53,396 nt of DNA from Elusimicrobiota bacterium. GTDB taxonomy: Bacteria > Elusimicrobiota > Elusimicrobia > UBA1565 > UBA9628. This document shows, one piece after another, positions 27,879-37,438 of this stretch. Position 1 is the first letter of the stretch. Each line of letters opens with the position of its first letter. The stretch is from contig DAHVNA010000009.1 in NCBI GenBank assembly GCA_027319565.1, forward strand, positions 1 through 53,396, given 5' to 3'. A model generated the notes under the pieces. The model did not search any database, was not told the origin of the DNA, and saw nothing but the letters and a program-made list of their open reading frames with translations. A program made the translations under genes and the position numbers.

Positions 27879-28831
27879 ACGAAAAAAACCAAAACCTTAG
27901 CGTCATCATTCCGGTCTATAATGAAGAGGAAAGCCTTCCCTCCTTCGCGGAAGAGTTGATTGCGGCGGTCTCAAAAATCCCGATGCCTTGGGAGATTATT
28001 TTTGTCGACGACGGCTCTTCCGACAAGTCCCAAGAGACGATAAAAAAAATCGCCTCTACCGACAAACGGGTCAAGGGCGTATTTTTGGGAAGAAACGCGG
28101 GGCAAACCTCGGCATTATCTGCCGGCATTCAAAAATCTTCGGGAACCCTGATCGCCTGCCTTGACGCCGACGGTCAAAACGACCCCAAGGATATCGAACG
28201 CCTCATTTCCAAACTCAACGAAGGCTATGACGTCGTCAGCGGATGGAGAAAACACCGCAAAGACCCTTGGCTTAACCGCAGGCTTCCCTCTCAAATAGCC
28301 AACGCGCTTATCTCCCGGGTCACCGGAGTCTATTTGCACGACTATGGATGCAGTCTTAAACTTTACAAGGCCGAATATCTAAAACCGATTCGGCTTTACG
28401 GAGAGATGCACCGTTTTGTCCCGGCCTTCGCCGGATTTCTGGGAGCCAGAATCACGGAGCTGGAAGTCAATCATCGCCCTCGTCTGAAGGGAAAATCCAA
28501 ATACGGAATTTCCCGGACGCTCAAAGTCATTCTAGATTTGGCGACCGTTAAATTCATGGATTCCTATATGGCCAAGCCCATTTACCTTTTCGGCGGAGGC
28601 GGAATCCTCATGATGTTTCTGGGAATGCTTGCCGCGGCAATCACCCTCTACAAAAAGCTCGCTCTGGGAATCTTTGTCAAGGATCAGCCGCTCTTTCAAG
28701 TGGCGATTTTCTTTTCTTTGATTGGTTTTCAGCTTCTGCTCTTGGGGCTTTTGGCCGAGATTTTAGTCCGCACCTATTTTGACATCAAGGATAAAAATTC
28801 TTATTTTATCCGCGAAACGGTCGGTTTTTAA
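27875..28831 (+). CDS. Glycosyltransferase family 2 (ArnC/GtrB-like, membrane-anchored)
   Basis: [32 protein letters not shown], two C-terminal TM helices. Confidence 0.93.
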   Translation: MNEKNQNLSVIIPVYNEEESLPSFAEELIAAVSKIPMPWEIIFVDDGSSDKSQETIKKIASTDKRVKGVFLGRNAGQTSALSAGIQKSSGTLIACLDADGQNDPKDIERLISKLNEGYDVVSGWRKHRKDPWLNRRLPSQIANALISRVTGVYLHDYGCSLKLYKAEYLKPIRLYGEMHRFVPAFAGFLGARITELEVNHRPRLKGKSKYGISRTLKVILDLATVKFMDSYMAKPIYLFGGGGILMMFLGMLAAAITLYKKLALGIFVKDQPLFQVAIFFSLIGFQLLLLGLLAEILVRTYFDIKDKNSYFIRETVGF

Positions 28832-28860
28832 GTAAAATATCCTTCCAGGAGATTATTTCA

Positions 28861-29088
28861 ATGCCTAATCCAAAAAGAAAACATACCCGTTCCAGAAGAG
28901 ATAGCCGCCGCTCTCAAAATTGGAAACTTGAGCGTCCGTCTTTAAGTCCGTGCCCGAACCCGGACTGCAAAAAGATGCGTCCGGCTCACACGGTCTGTCC
29001 TCACTGCGGCTTCTACAAAGGGCGCATTGCCGTCATGCCCAAAGTGGAAAAAGCAAAACCCCAAAACGAAGGCGAAGCGGGATCTTAA
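28861..29088 (+). CDS. rpmF: 50S ribosomal protein L32
   Basis: MPNPKRKHTRSRRDSRR...CPNPDC...HTVCPHCGFYKG; SD AGGAG. Confidence 0.95.
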   Translation: MPNPKRKHTRSRRDSRRSQNWKLERPSLSPCPNPDCKKMRPAHTVCPHCGFYKGRIAVMPKVEKAKPQNEGEAGS

Positions 29089-29097
29089 ACAAAAAGG

Positions 29098-29133
29098 ATA
29101 AGGGGCGGGGTTTCAATCTCGCCCTTTATTTTT
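29098..29133 (+). terminator. Intrinsic terminator after rpmF
   Basis: ATAAGGGGCGGGGT-ttca-ATCTCGCCCTTTAT stem (with G:U pairs) followed by a T run. Confidence 0.65.
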
Positions 29134-29137
29134 AGCC

Positions 29138-30205
29138 ATGTCTTTTCTTTTTTCTCCCCTTAAAATTCGAGAGATCACTTTTAAAAACCGTATTTTTGTC
29201 TCTCCGATGTGCCAGTATTCAAGCGAAAATGGGAAAGCGACCGACTGGCACTTGGTTCACTTGGGTAGCCGGGCTGTTGGAGGAGCCGCATTAGTCATCG
29301 TTGAAGCCACCGCCGTTTCCCCAAAAGGACGCATCTCTCCCGATGATATGGGGCTGTGGTCTAAAGAACAAGCTGTCGCGCTCAAAAAAATTACCTCTTT
29401 CATTAAAAGTCAAAATTCAATTCCTGGAATCCAAATCGCTCACGCGGGAAGAAAAGCCTCAACCCCAAAACCATGGGATCAAAAGCACAAGGTTTTTATC
29501 CCTGCCTCCGCTGGCGGGTGGACGCCTTTAGCGCCTTCGGCCATTGCCTTTGGAGAAAATTATCCCACGCCTCATAAATTAAGCTTAAAAGAAATCCAAA
29601 AAATAATCCAGGAGTGGCAAAAAAGCGCCTCGCTTGCCCTTCAAGCCGGATTTCAAACCCTGGAACTTCATTTTGCCCATGGATATCTCATCCATTCTTT
29701 TTTATCGCCCCTTTCCAATCACAGGACCGATGAGTTCGGCGGAACTTTGGACAACCGGATGAAGCTGGCCATTCAAATCGCGGAAAAAGTCAGAAAGGTC
29801 TGGCCGCAGGAATATCCTCTTTTTGCCCGCATTTCTTCCACCGATTGGATAGAAGGCGGTTGGGACCTTCCAAGCTCAGTGGAACTGGCGAAAAAATTAA
29901 AATCGGTCGGAGTCGATTTAATCGATTGTTCGAGCGGAGGACTTGCCCCTCACGCAAAAATTCCCGTCGCCCCGGGATATCAGGTTCCCTTCGCGGAAGA
30001 AATACGCAAAAAGGCTTCTATTCTCACCGGAGCCGTTGGCATGATCACAGAACCCCAGCAAGCCGAAGATATCCTCTCATCTCAAAAAGCCGACGCGGTT
30101 TTAATGGCTCGAGAATTCTTGCGCAATCCTTACTGGCCCTTGAAGGCCGCTAAGGCCTTAAACGAAAAACTAGAAGGCCCGCCTCAATATCTAAGGGCGC
30201 TTTAA
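29138..30205 (+). CDS. NADH:flavin oxidoreductase, old yellow enzyme (YqjM/NamA-like)
   Basis: SPMCQYS, AHAGRKAS, HFAHGYL, RTDEFGG, PGYQVPFA, QYLRA. Confidence 0.94.
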   Translation: MSFLFSPLKIREITFKNRIFVSPMCQYSSENGKATDWHLVHLGSRAVGGAALVIVEATAVSPKGRISPDDMGLWSKEQAVALKKITSFIKSQNSIPGIQIAHAGRKASTPKPWDQKHKVFIPASAGGWTPLAPSAIAFGENYPTPHKLSLKEIQKIIQEWQKSASLALQAGFQTLELHFAHGYLIHSFLSPLSNHRTDEFGGTLDNRMKLAIQIAEKVRKVWPQEYPLFARISSTDWIEGGWDLPSSVELAKKLKSVGVDLIDCSSGGLAPHAKIPVAPGYQVPFAEEIRKKASILTGAVGMITEPQQAEDILSSQKADAVLMAREFLRNPYWPLKAAKALNEKLEGPPQYLRAL

Positions 30206-30672
30206 ACTTTTTCGATGAGTTCCGCGACGTGTCCTGAAACCTTGACCTTGCGAAAAACTTCTTGAATGCGTCCGTCAGGGCCGATGACAAAAGTCGAACG
30301 CTCAACTCCCATGTATTTGCGGCCATACATCGATTTCTCTTTCCAGACGCCATATACCTCGCAGATTTTTTTATCTTCATCTGCTAAGAGCGGAAAAGGA
30401 AGATTATACTTGGACTTAAACCCTTGATGGGATTTTGCCGAATCAGGGCTAACCCCCAGCACCACTACGCCTTTTTTCAAAAACTTTCCGAAGGAATCGC
30501 GAAAATCACAGGCTTCTTGGGTGCAACCCGAGGTATTGTCCTTGGGGTAAAAGTAGACAATGACGGTTTTGCCTCTATAATCTTTGAGCGCATGCTTTTT
30601 TCCGGTCTCATCTTGCGCCTCAAAATCAGGGGCAAGGTCGCCGATATTGATTTCCCGGTGAAGCGTTTTCAT
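30202..30672 (-). CDS. bcp: Peroxiredoxin BCP
   Basis: YFYPKDNTSGCTQEACDFRD, ERSTFVI. Confidence 0.95.
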   Translation of the reverse strand: MKTLHREINIGDLAPDFEAQDETGKKHALKDYRGKTVIVYFYPKDNTSGCTQEACDFRDSFGKFLKKGVVVLGVSPDSAKSHQGFKSKYNLPFPLLADEDKKICEVYGVWKEKSMYGRKYMGVERSTFVIGPDGRIQEVFRKVKVSGHVAELIEKV

Positions 30673-30690
30673 TGTGATTTCCTCCCACTC

Positions 30691-32460
30691 TCAAGATACC
30701 GCGCCCGGTCGCCCAAAGCGGCGAGCCAATTCCGTGCGGTTTAAAGCCAGCATCGTAGGCCTTCCATGGGGACAATTTCGGGCCTGACGCGCCTTGGATA
30801 AATCTAAAAGAAGAGTGCGGGCTTCCTGTTCTCCCAGGAAATCATGCGCTTTAACCGCCGCCTTACACGCCATTGTCGCCAGGCTCTTGCGGCGAACTTC
30901 GGCTAAGCTCGTCGCCGCGTCCGAAAAGTCTTCCGCGATTTTGTGAAGAGCTTCTTCGAGGTCTTTTTCTTTTTTGAGCATCGGAGGAGTCGCCGTGACT
31001 TGAATCATCCCTTTCCCGAAGGCTTCAACCTCAAACCCTAAATCGAAAAGATTTGGTTTCTGATCCATGATCGTGGAAACCGTTGAGGCTGGCAGAGATA
31101 CCGCAATCGGCAAAATGAGTCTTTCGGAAGCGACGCGCCCTTTAAGCAAAAGGTCGCCGTATTTCTCAAAGAGAACGCACTCGGAAGCCGCATGCTGGTC
31201 CAAAATAAAAATCCCGCCCGCGGCTTCAAAGACAAGATAGCTTTGTTCGATCTGACCCAAATAACGATAAGGCGGGGTAAACCAATCCGGCTTTCGCTCT
31301 TCTGAATCTTTTGAAAGAAGAGGTTCACTCAAAGGCAAAGAAACGGCAAAAGCCCTCGAAATTTGAGGAGTCAAAGAGTAAGAAGAACCCTGTTCCAAAA
31401 CCTGACTACTTCCCGCATTTGACGGCGAAGACTCCGGGAAATAAGAATCCTTAATTAAAACCCTCGGCGTCAAAGACTGCGCTAAGGCCCCGGAGACCGC
31501 GCGGACAATTAAATTAAATATCTCTTTTTCATTTCTAAAGCGAATTTCTCTTTTGGCCGGATGGACATTGATGTCAAAATCCGAGGGCTCCAGCTCCAAA
31601 TAAGCGACGCAAACTGGATGCCGCCCTTGAAGCATCTGGGGTCCAAAAGCCCGGTAGAGAGCTTGCTGCAAAAGGCGCGAATCAATGGGACGGCGATTGA
31701 CAAACCAATGCTGATATTTCCGGTTATTGACCAGGCCCGCTTCGGTGGAAACAAAAATTCTTAGACCAATCCCTTTTTCTCGCGCTTGGGCGACAGTCAA
31801 GCGCTGACCCAAATTCTCTCCCAAAACCGCCGCAATTCTGTCTTTTTCCGCCTTTGCCGCCTCAAAAGCCAGTCGGTTCTTGCCTTCAGAATCAAGAAAA
31901 AAAGCGGTCGCGGGGTTGGCCAAAGCCGCCTCTTCTACCACGGAAATAATTTTTCCGCGCTCAAACTCATCTGATTTCAAGAATTTAAACCGCGCGGGAG
32001 TGTTGAAAAACAGATTTTGAACCGCGATCGTCGTTCCGACAACTCCCAGAGACGGAGACTCTTCCTTGATTTGTCCGGCCTGAGCCTTGACCTTCCATCC
32101 TTGGTTTTGACCCTTCAAACAACTAGAGACGACAATTTCGGAAACGGCGCAAACCGCCGCCAAAGCCTCTCCGCGAAAACCAAAGGTTGAGAGCCGTTCA
32201 AGGTCTGAAATCGAGCCAATTTTACTTGTCGCATGCGGTTCTAGACACAGACGGCAATCTTCGGGGTCCATGCCTGTTCCATTGTCTGAAACGCGCAAAA
32301 GTTTCTTTCCCGCGCCTTCGATTTTGACATCAATTCTGGAAGCCTCGGCATCCAAGGAATTTTCAATCAGCTCTTTAAGAACCGAAGCCGGACGCTCGAC
32401 GACTTCCCCCGCCGCGATCTTGGAGAAAACGGCCTCCTCCATCCTTAGAATTTTAGGCAT
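30691..32460 (-). CDS. mutL: DNA mismatch repair endonuclease MutL
   Basis: IAAGEVVERPASV, ENSLDA, GFRGEAL, DINVHPAK, DQHAASE, MACKAAVK, CPHGRP. Confidence 0.96.
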   Translation of the reverse strand: MPKILRMEEAVFSKIAAGEVVERPASVLKELIENSLDAEASRIDVKIEGAGKKLLRVSDNGTGMDPEDCRLCLEPHATSKIGSISDLERLSTFGFRGEALAAVCAVSEIVVSSCLKGQNQGWKVKAQAGQIKEESPSLGVVGTTIAVQNLFFNTPARFKFLKSDEFERGKIISVVEEAALANPATAFFLDSEGKNRLAFEAAKAEKDRIAAVLGENLGQRLTVAQAREKGIGLRIFVSTEAGLVNNRKYQHWFVNRRPIDSRLLQQALYRAFGPQMLQGRHPVCVAYLELEPSDFDINVHPAKREIRFRNEKEIFNLIVRAVSGALAQSLTPRVLIKDSYFPESSPSNAGSSQVLEQGSSYSLTPQISRAFAVSLPLSEPLLSKDSEERKPDWFTPPYRYLGQIEQSYLVFEAAGGIFILDQHAASECVLFEKYGDLLLKGRVASERLILPIAVSLPASTVSTIMDQKPNLFDLGFEVEAFGKGMIQVTATPPMLKKEKDLEEALHKIAEDFSDAATSLAEVRRKSLATMACKAAVKAHDFLGEQEARTLLLDLSKARQARNCPHGRPTMLALNRTELARRFGRPGAVS

Positions 32461-35086
32461 CAGACACCTTTTTCTTAAGCTCCGTTAAAGCCGACAAGGC
32501 TTCCAGCGGAGTCATTCGATCGGGGTTTAAAAGCTTAAGGGTCTGAACAATAGGCAAGGAACCGGAAAAATCTAGCTCCATCTGGGGAGAAGGATTTGAG
32601 ACTTTGACCGGAGCGCAAGCGCGCGACTCAGTTTCAAGCTGATTTAAAATCTCTTGAGAACGGGTTAAAACCTGGGCTGGCAGCCCAGCCAAAGCCGCGA
32701 CGTGAATCCCATAGGATTTATCCGCCGGTCCCTGGGAAACTTTATGAAGGAAAACAACTTCCGTTTGCCCGGCGGGATTGACCCATTCCTTGGCCGACAC
32801 ATTGGCATTAAAGACGCCCTTAAGCGTCTCGGCCAATTCCGTCAGCTCGAAATAATGGGTCGCGAAAAGAACCTTGGGGCCGCGAACGCCTTCAGCGTGT
32901 TTTGACTGATAGTGAGAATTGAGATATTCAAGAATCGCCCAGGCAATTGAAATACCGTCAAAAGTCGAGGTCCCGCGGCCCACCTCATCGAGAATAATCA
33001 GGCTCCGCGGAGTGGCGTTTTTGAGAATATCGGAAGTCTCTTTCATTTCCACCATGAAAGTCGACGATCCTTCCGCCAAGGCGTCAAAAGCCCCGACGCG
33101 AGTTAAGATCCTATCGATCATTCCCACGCGAGCGGACTTGGCTGGCACAAAAGAGCCCATTTGAGCCATCAAAGCGATCAAGGCGTTTTGCCTGAGATAA
33201 GTCGATTTTCCGGACATATTGGGACCGGTCAATATCATAATCTGCAAATCGCGCCCGTCAAGCATAATCGAGTTTGAAACAAACGACCCTGGCGGCAAAA
33301 CCGAAGCGACAATGGGATGGCGTCCTTCGACAATCTCTAAATCATAACCGAGGTCGACCTCGGGCTTGGCCCAGTCGTTGAGCCCGGCGTTTTGAGCCAA
33401 GGCTAAAAAAACGTCAAGTTCCGCCAGAATCTTCGATAAAATGGACAGAGAATCGCAATAAGCCAGAATCTGACTGCGGATTTCCTCAAATATCTTTTTC
33501 TCAAGCCGGATTATTTTTTCTTCCGCGCCCAGAATCTTATTTTCCAACTCCTTGAGTTCGCTGGTCACATAGCGCTCGGCATTGGCAAGGGTCTGCTTGC
33601 GGGTATAACGGGAGGGAACCTTGGGAATCTGCGATTTAGTGACCTCAAAATAATAGCCAAAAACGCCGTTAAATCCGGCCTTGAGATTTTGAATTCCAGT
33701 TGACTGCCGCTCTTGAGCTTCTAAATTCTCAAGATGCTGGCGGCTGCCCGATCTCAAAGAACGCAGCTCGTCTAACTCGGCATTAAAGCCGGCTTTGATT
33801 ATCCCGCCTTCGGAAATCCGAATCGGCGGCGCGTCTACCAAGGCCGAAGATAAAAGTTCGGATGCCGGAGTTAAGGCCTTCATGAGCTCGTTGAGCAAGC
33901 GGTAAATATGCGATAAATTCTCCAAACGAATCAGCCCAGAATCTTCCGGCTCAACGCTTGAAGACAAAATAGAAACAAGCTCCGGAAGCCCCTTTAAGGA
34001 ATCCCGAATTCCGCCCAAATCCCTCGGGAGAAGCTGAAAACTTTGAAGCCGGCTGACAATTCGCGGAATATCGGCAAATTTTCCAAGAGACGCGGCTAGG
34101 GAATTGCGCAGCTCCAGACGGCCGACCAACTCTTCAATACAACCCTGCCTGCGCCGAATTTCCTGAATGTCTAAAAGCGGACGCAAAATCCAATCTTTAA
34201 GCAGGCGGCTTCCCATAGAGGTCTTGCACAAATCCAAAAATCCCCACAGGCTGTGCTTGGCCTGGCCGGAGAAAGATTCGATGAGTTCTAAAGTTTTAAT
34301 CGCGGTCGCGTCCAAAAGGAGTTCTGATTTCTCCGCCCGCAAAGAAGGAACGGGGAAATTCTTAAGCAGTTTTGAGCGCATCGCGTAAGACAGGCAATCG
34401 AGCGCCGCGCGCCGCGCCAGAGGATGGTTTTGCCATTCTGGGCGCGTGGCCCAATCGGGGGAAATGTTTTCAGATGAAGAAAACGCCGTCAAGCAAACGC
34501 CGGATAAGCGCAAATTCTCTAATTTAAGCGAATGAATCGTCTCTTGAGAGGCAATGATTTCAGAGGGCTTAATTTGGGCGATCCACGCATCTAAAGACCG
34601 GGCTACTTCATTTAAAGACTCATGTGCCCAAAATTCTCCGGTTGAAATATCAAGCCAAGAAATCCCCCAACCCACGATATCGGAAGAAAGGGCTAAGAGA
34701 AAATTAACTTCCTTGGGAGAAAGGAGATCCTCTTCAATCACGGTTCCCGGGGTGACGACCCGGACCACTTCCCGGCGAACCAGCTTTTTTCCGGCGCCGG
34801 CCTCTTCCATTTGTTCTGCCACCGCGACCTTGTGCCCGGCCTTGAGAAGTTTCGCGATATGGTGAGAGCTGCTGTGGAAAGGAACTCCGCACATCGGCGT
34901 TTCTTGCCTGGCCGTTAGAACAAGACCCAAAATAGGCGCGGCTCGTTTCGCGTCTTCTCCGAACATCTCGTAGAAATCCCCAAGACGAAAAAAGACAATC
35001 GCGTCCGGAAAAGACTTTTTAATTTCTTGATACTGACGCATCAAGGGAGTATCGACGGATGATTCAAGTTCCGAAGCTATCGCCAT
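32453..35086 (-). CDS. mutS: DNA mismatch repair protein MutS
   Basis: TPLMRQY, FRLGDFYEMF, TGPNMSGKST, STFMVEM, DEVGRGTST, FATHYFEL, SYGIHVA. Confidence 0.97.
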   Translation of the reverse strand: MAIASELESSVDTPLMRQYQEIKKSFPDAIVFFRLGDFYEMFGEDAKRAAPILGLVLTARQETPMCGVPFHSSSHHIAKLLKAGHKVAVAEQMEEAGAGKKLVRREVVRVVTPGTVIEEDLLSPKEVNFLLALSSDIVGWGISWLDISTGEFWAHESLNEVARSLDAWIAQIKPSEIIASQETIHSLKLENLRLSGVCLTAFSSSENISPDWATRPEWQNHPLARRAALDCLSYAMRSKLLKNFPVPSLRAEKSELLLDATAIKTLELIESFSGQAKHSLWGFLDLCKTSMGSRLLKDWILRPLLDIQEIRRRQGCIEELVGRLELRNSLAASLGKFADIPRIVSRLQSFQLLPRDLGGIRDSLKGLPELVSILSSSVEPEDSGLIRLENLSHIYRLLNELMKALTPASELLSSALVDAPPIRISEGGIIKAGFNAELDELRSLRSGSRQHLENLEAQERQSTGIQNLKAGFNGVFGYYFEVTKSQIPKVPSRYTRKQTLANAERYVTSELKELENKILGAEEKIIRLEKKIFEEIRSQILAYCDSLSILSKILAELDVFLALAQNAGLNDWAKPEVDLGYDLEIVEGRHPIVASVLPPGSFVSNSIMLDGRDLQIMILTGPNMSGKSTYLRQNALIALMAQMGSFVPAKSARVGMIDRILTRVGAFDALAEGSSTFMVEMKETSDILKNATPRSLIILDEVGRGTSTFDGISIAWAILEYLNSHYQSKHAEGVRGPKVLFATHYFELTELAETLKGVFNANVSAKEWVNPAGQTEVVFLHKVSQGPADKSYGIHVAALAGLPAQVLTRSQEILNQLETESRACAPVKVSNPSPQMELDFSGSLPIVQTLKLLNPDRMTPLEALSALTELKKKVSDA

Positions 35087-35114
35087 GTCAACATTTTACC
35101 AGATTCTTCGACGA

Positions 35115-36017
35115 TTATAAGTCGAAGGCAAGAGCCACGTTCGCGTAATGCTGGCGCTCGAAATAAAATTGTCCAAAGGGAGAATGCCCGTCAAAATATC
35201 CCAGCTGAAGGCGAACGACTCTCCCGCTTTTGCGCGCCTTCATCCCGATTCCGGCCACGGTATTGGTGTTGATGTTCCACTGGTTATACTGGTGAGACTC
35301 CGCGTCTTCCGCCAAATAAACAAAAAGAGGCCTTTTGATTTTCAGAGCGTGAAAGTCCGGACCCGTCAGTTCAAAGCCAGCCTGAGCGGCCCCGCGGCCC
35401 AAGGAGGTCGGGGCCACGTCCAGCAGATAAGACCCGCCGCCATAGATTCTAAAAATACGGCCAAAATCGCGCGAGAAAACGGATCTAAACCCGTTGACGC
35501 TGTAGTTAAACCCGAGATCCCCGGTTTGCCGGATATAACCGTCTCCCAAATGCGAACTTTCATGAAAAAGCATAATCTCGGCGGAATAGGGCCCGCGCCG
35601 AATTTCAAGAGGGAGATTGGCAATATAATCAATTGTCTCCAAATAGTTGATGCCAAGCCCCACCTGAAAGCGCGAATAGGCCATTCCCTCTAAATCCCAT
35701 TGATACTGATCGCCCCAGCGATCGCTCCAACGATCCATTCCCCAGCGATGCCCCAAGGCTACGTCACCCATATTCTCATGCTGAAGCCGGTAATAAGACA
35801 TCAAAAGCTGAACTTGTCTGGGATCAGCTATCAGTTTATGGAAAAGATGGCCATCGGGGTAAAGCCCTGAATCATCTTTGGGCTGACAGACAACGGCGGC
35901 GCTGGATGAAGAGACGGTTTGGGCGAAAGAAGAAATAGGGAAAAAATAAAAAAGGGATAAGAGTAGCGGCGCGAATAATAAATTTTTAAAGAAGCGAGTT
36001 GATGTCTTTGACCACAT
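35115..36017 (-). CDS. Exported DUF1207-like (probable beta-barrel) protein
   Basis: Signal peptide, LIADPRQ, FHESSHLGD, YFDGHSPFGQF, C-terminal ...LAFDL. Start codon uncertain. Confidence 0.7.
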   Translation of the reverse strand: MWSKTSTRFFKNLLFAPLLLSLFYFFPISSFAQTVSSSSAAVVCQPKDDSGLYPDGHLFHKLIADPRQVQLLMSYYRLQHENMGDVALGHRWGMDRWSDRWGDQYQWDLEGMAYSRFQVGLGINYLETIDYIANLPLEIRRGPYSAEIMLFHESSHLGDGYIRQTGDLGFNYSVNGFRSVFSRDFGRIFRIYGGGSYLLDVAPTSLGRGAAQAGFELTGPDFHALKIKRPLFVYLAEDAESHQYNQWNINTNTVAGIGMKARKSGRVVRLQLGYFDGHSPFGQFYFERQHYANVALAFDL

Positions 36018-36492
36018 CCTCATAGGAAACAGCCCCAATATACTCGTGCCGAACAATTCCATTTTTATCAATGAGGAATGCGGTGGGAAGGCCGGAGATA
36101 TCATATCCCGCCGGAACATGATCTCCGGCAATAACCACGGGGTAAGGAATTTGAGCCTGGTTCACAAAAGGCTGGACCACGGATTTTCCAAGGGCATCAA
36201 CGGAAACGCCAAGCACCACTAAGCCCTTTGAATTTTTTTCCTGATAGAGACGAATCAAATCGGGAATTTCTTCCCGACAAGCATCGCACCAGGTGGCCCA
36301 GAAATCCAAGAAAACCACTTTCCCCTTGAACTGCGAAAGAGAAACATCTTTGCCCGAAAGATCTGGGAGCGTAAAATTAGGAGCGGGAAAACTCGCATCT
36401 TGATTGCCAGCTCCTCCTCCCTGAATAAAAAACCAGAAAACAAATCCCGCTAAAATTAGAGCGGCAAGCGCTCCCAACCATTTTTTATACAT
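35986..36492 (-). CDS. TlpA/ResA-like membrane-anchored thiol-disulfide oxidoreductase
   Basis: TM anchor, APNFTL, DFWATWCDAC, LPTAFLIDKNG; SD AGGAGA before the ATG at 36492. Confidence 0.92.
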   Translation of the reverse strand: MYKKWLGALAALILAGFVFWFFIQGGGAGNQDASFPAPNFTLPDLSGKDVSLSQFKGKVVFLDFWATWCDACREEIPDLIRLYQEKNSKGLVVLGVSVDALGKSVVQPFVNQAQIPYPVVIAGDHVPAGYDISGLPTAFLIDKNGIVRHEYIGAVSYEDVVKDINSLL

Positions 36493-36646
36493 CGAAATTC
36501 TCCTAGAAGAGGCCGCCGCCTTCTTTGAATCGTCCTCATCACGCCAAACAATTGCCATAAATGAAGCCTGAACATCTATTTTAAATTATTAGAGCCCCAG
36601 CAGGCAATTAAAAAATTACACCCTGGAAATTGGAGGCGGTTTTTTC

Positions 36647-37357
36647 CTAAATATCGCCCTTGAGCCACGACAAGAGTAGCGGCAAGCGGTTAAAAAAGAT
36701 TAAAAGCCCCATCAAAACTAAAAAGAGCCCCGAGACGCGTTCAATCCAAGGCAAAGCGCCCTTATAGCGCTTAAAAAGTTTTAGAAATGAGCTGAGTCCG
36801 AAAGCCGAGGCGATAAAGGGAATTCCCAAGCCCAAGGAATAAACCGCCAAGAGCCGCATGCCTTCCACCAAAGTTTTCTGGGTGGCGGCCAAGGCCAAAA
36901 TCGCGCCCAATATCGGCCCAATGCAGGGAGTCCAGCCGAAAGCGAAGGCAAGCCCCATGACAAAGGCCCCCAGAAAACTTGGGCCCACTTGGGCCTGGGC
37001 CCGCTTTTCATAGTAGAAAAACCGAATTGGAACGATTCCGCTCATATGTAGGCCGAAAAGAATAATGACGCCTCCAGCGATCCGATCCAGCAAAAGGCGA
37101 TGCATGAAAAATTCTCTTCCAAGCGCCGAAGCAGACGCCCCCAAAGCGATAAAGACAACAGAAAAACCCAGAACAAAGAAAATAGAGCCTAGGCCCGCCC
37201 CCTTAAAAATGCCGGCATCTCCCTGATTAGATAATTCGTCTAGAGACAGGCCGGAAATAAAGGAAAGATACCCGGGGATGAGCGGCAAAACGCAAGGAGA
37301 TAAAAAGGAAGCCAATCCCGCCAGAAAAGCGGTCCCAAGACCCAGATGAACGCCCAT
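36647..37357 (-). CDS. ccdA: Cytochrome c biogenesis / DsbD-type transmembrane electron carrier CcdA
   Basis: SFLSPCVLPLIP and FGWTPCIGPILG motifs. Confidence 0.93.
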   Translation of the reverse strand: MGVHLGLGTAFLAGLASFLSPCVLPLIPGYLSFISGLSLDELSNQGDAGIFKGAGLGSIFFVLGFSVVFIALGASASALGREFFMHRLLLDRIAGGVIILFGLHMSGIVPIRFFYYEKRAQAQVGPSFLGAFVMGLAFAFGWTPCIGPILGAILALAATQKTLVEGMRLLAVYSLGLGIPFIASAFGLSSFLKLFKRYKGALPWIERVSGLFLVLMGLLIFFNRLPLLLSWLKGDI

Positions 37358-37438
37358 TTTTGTATTTTAGCATCTTATGGGCCGGGTCATTTACCTTTAG
37401 GCCGAATAAATACTACGCTTTCTCAAGGCTGAAATTTT

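Noticed and set aside
31170..31205. MutL endonuclease motif variant DQHAASECVLFE as a sign of inactivation
   Set aside because: The core DQHA-x2-E-x4-E, ACK and CPHGRP motifs are all retained.
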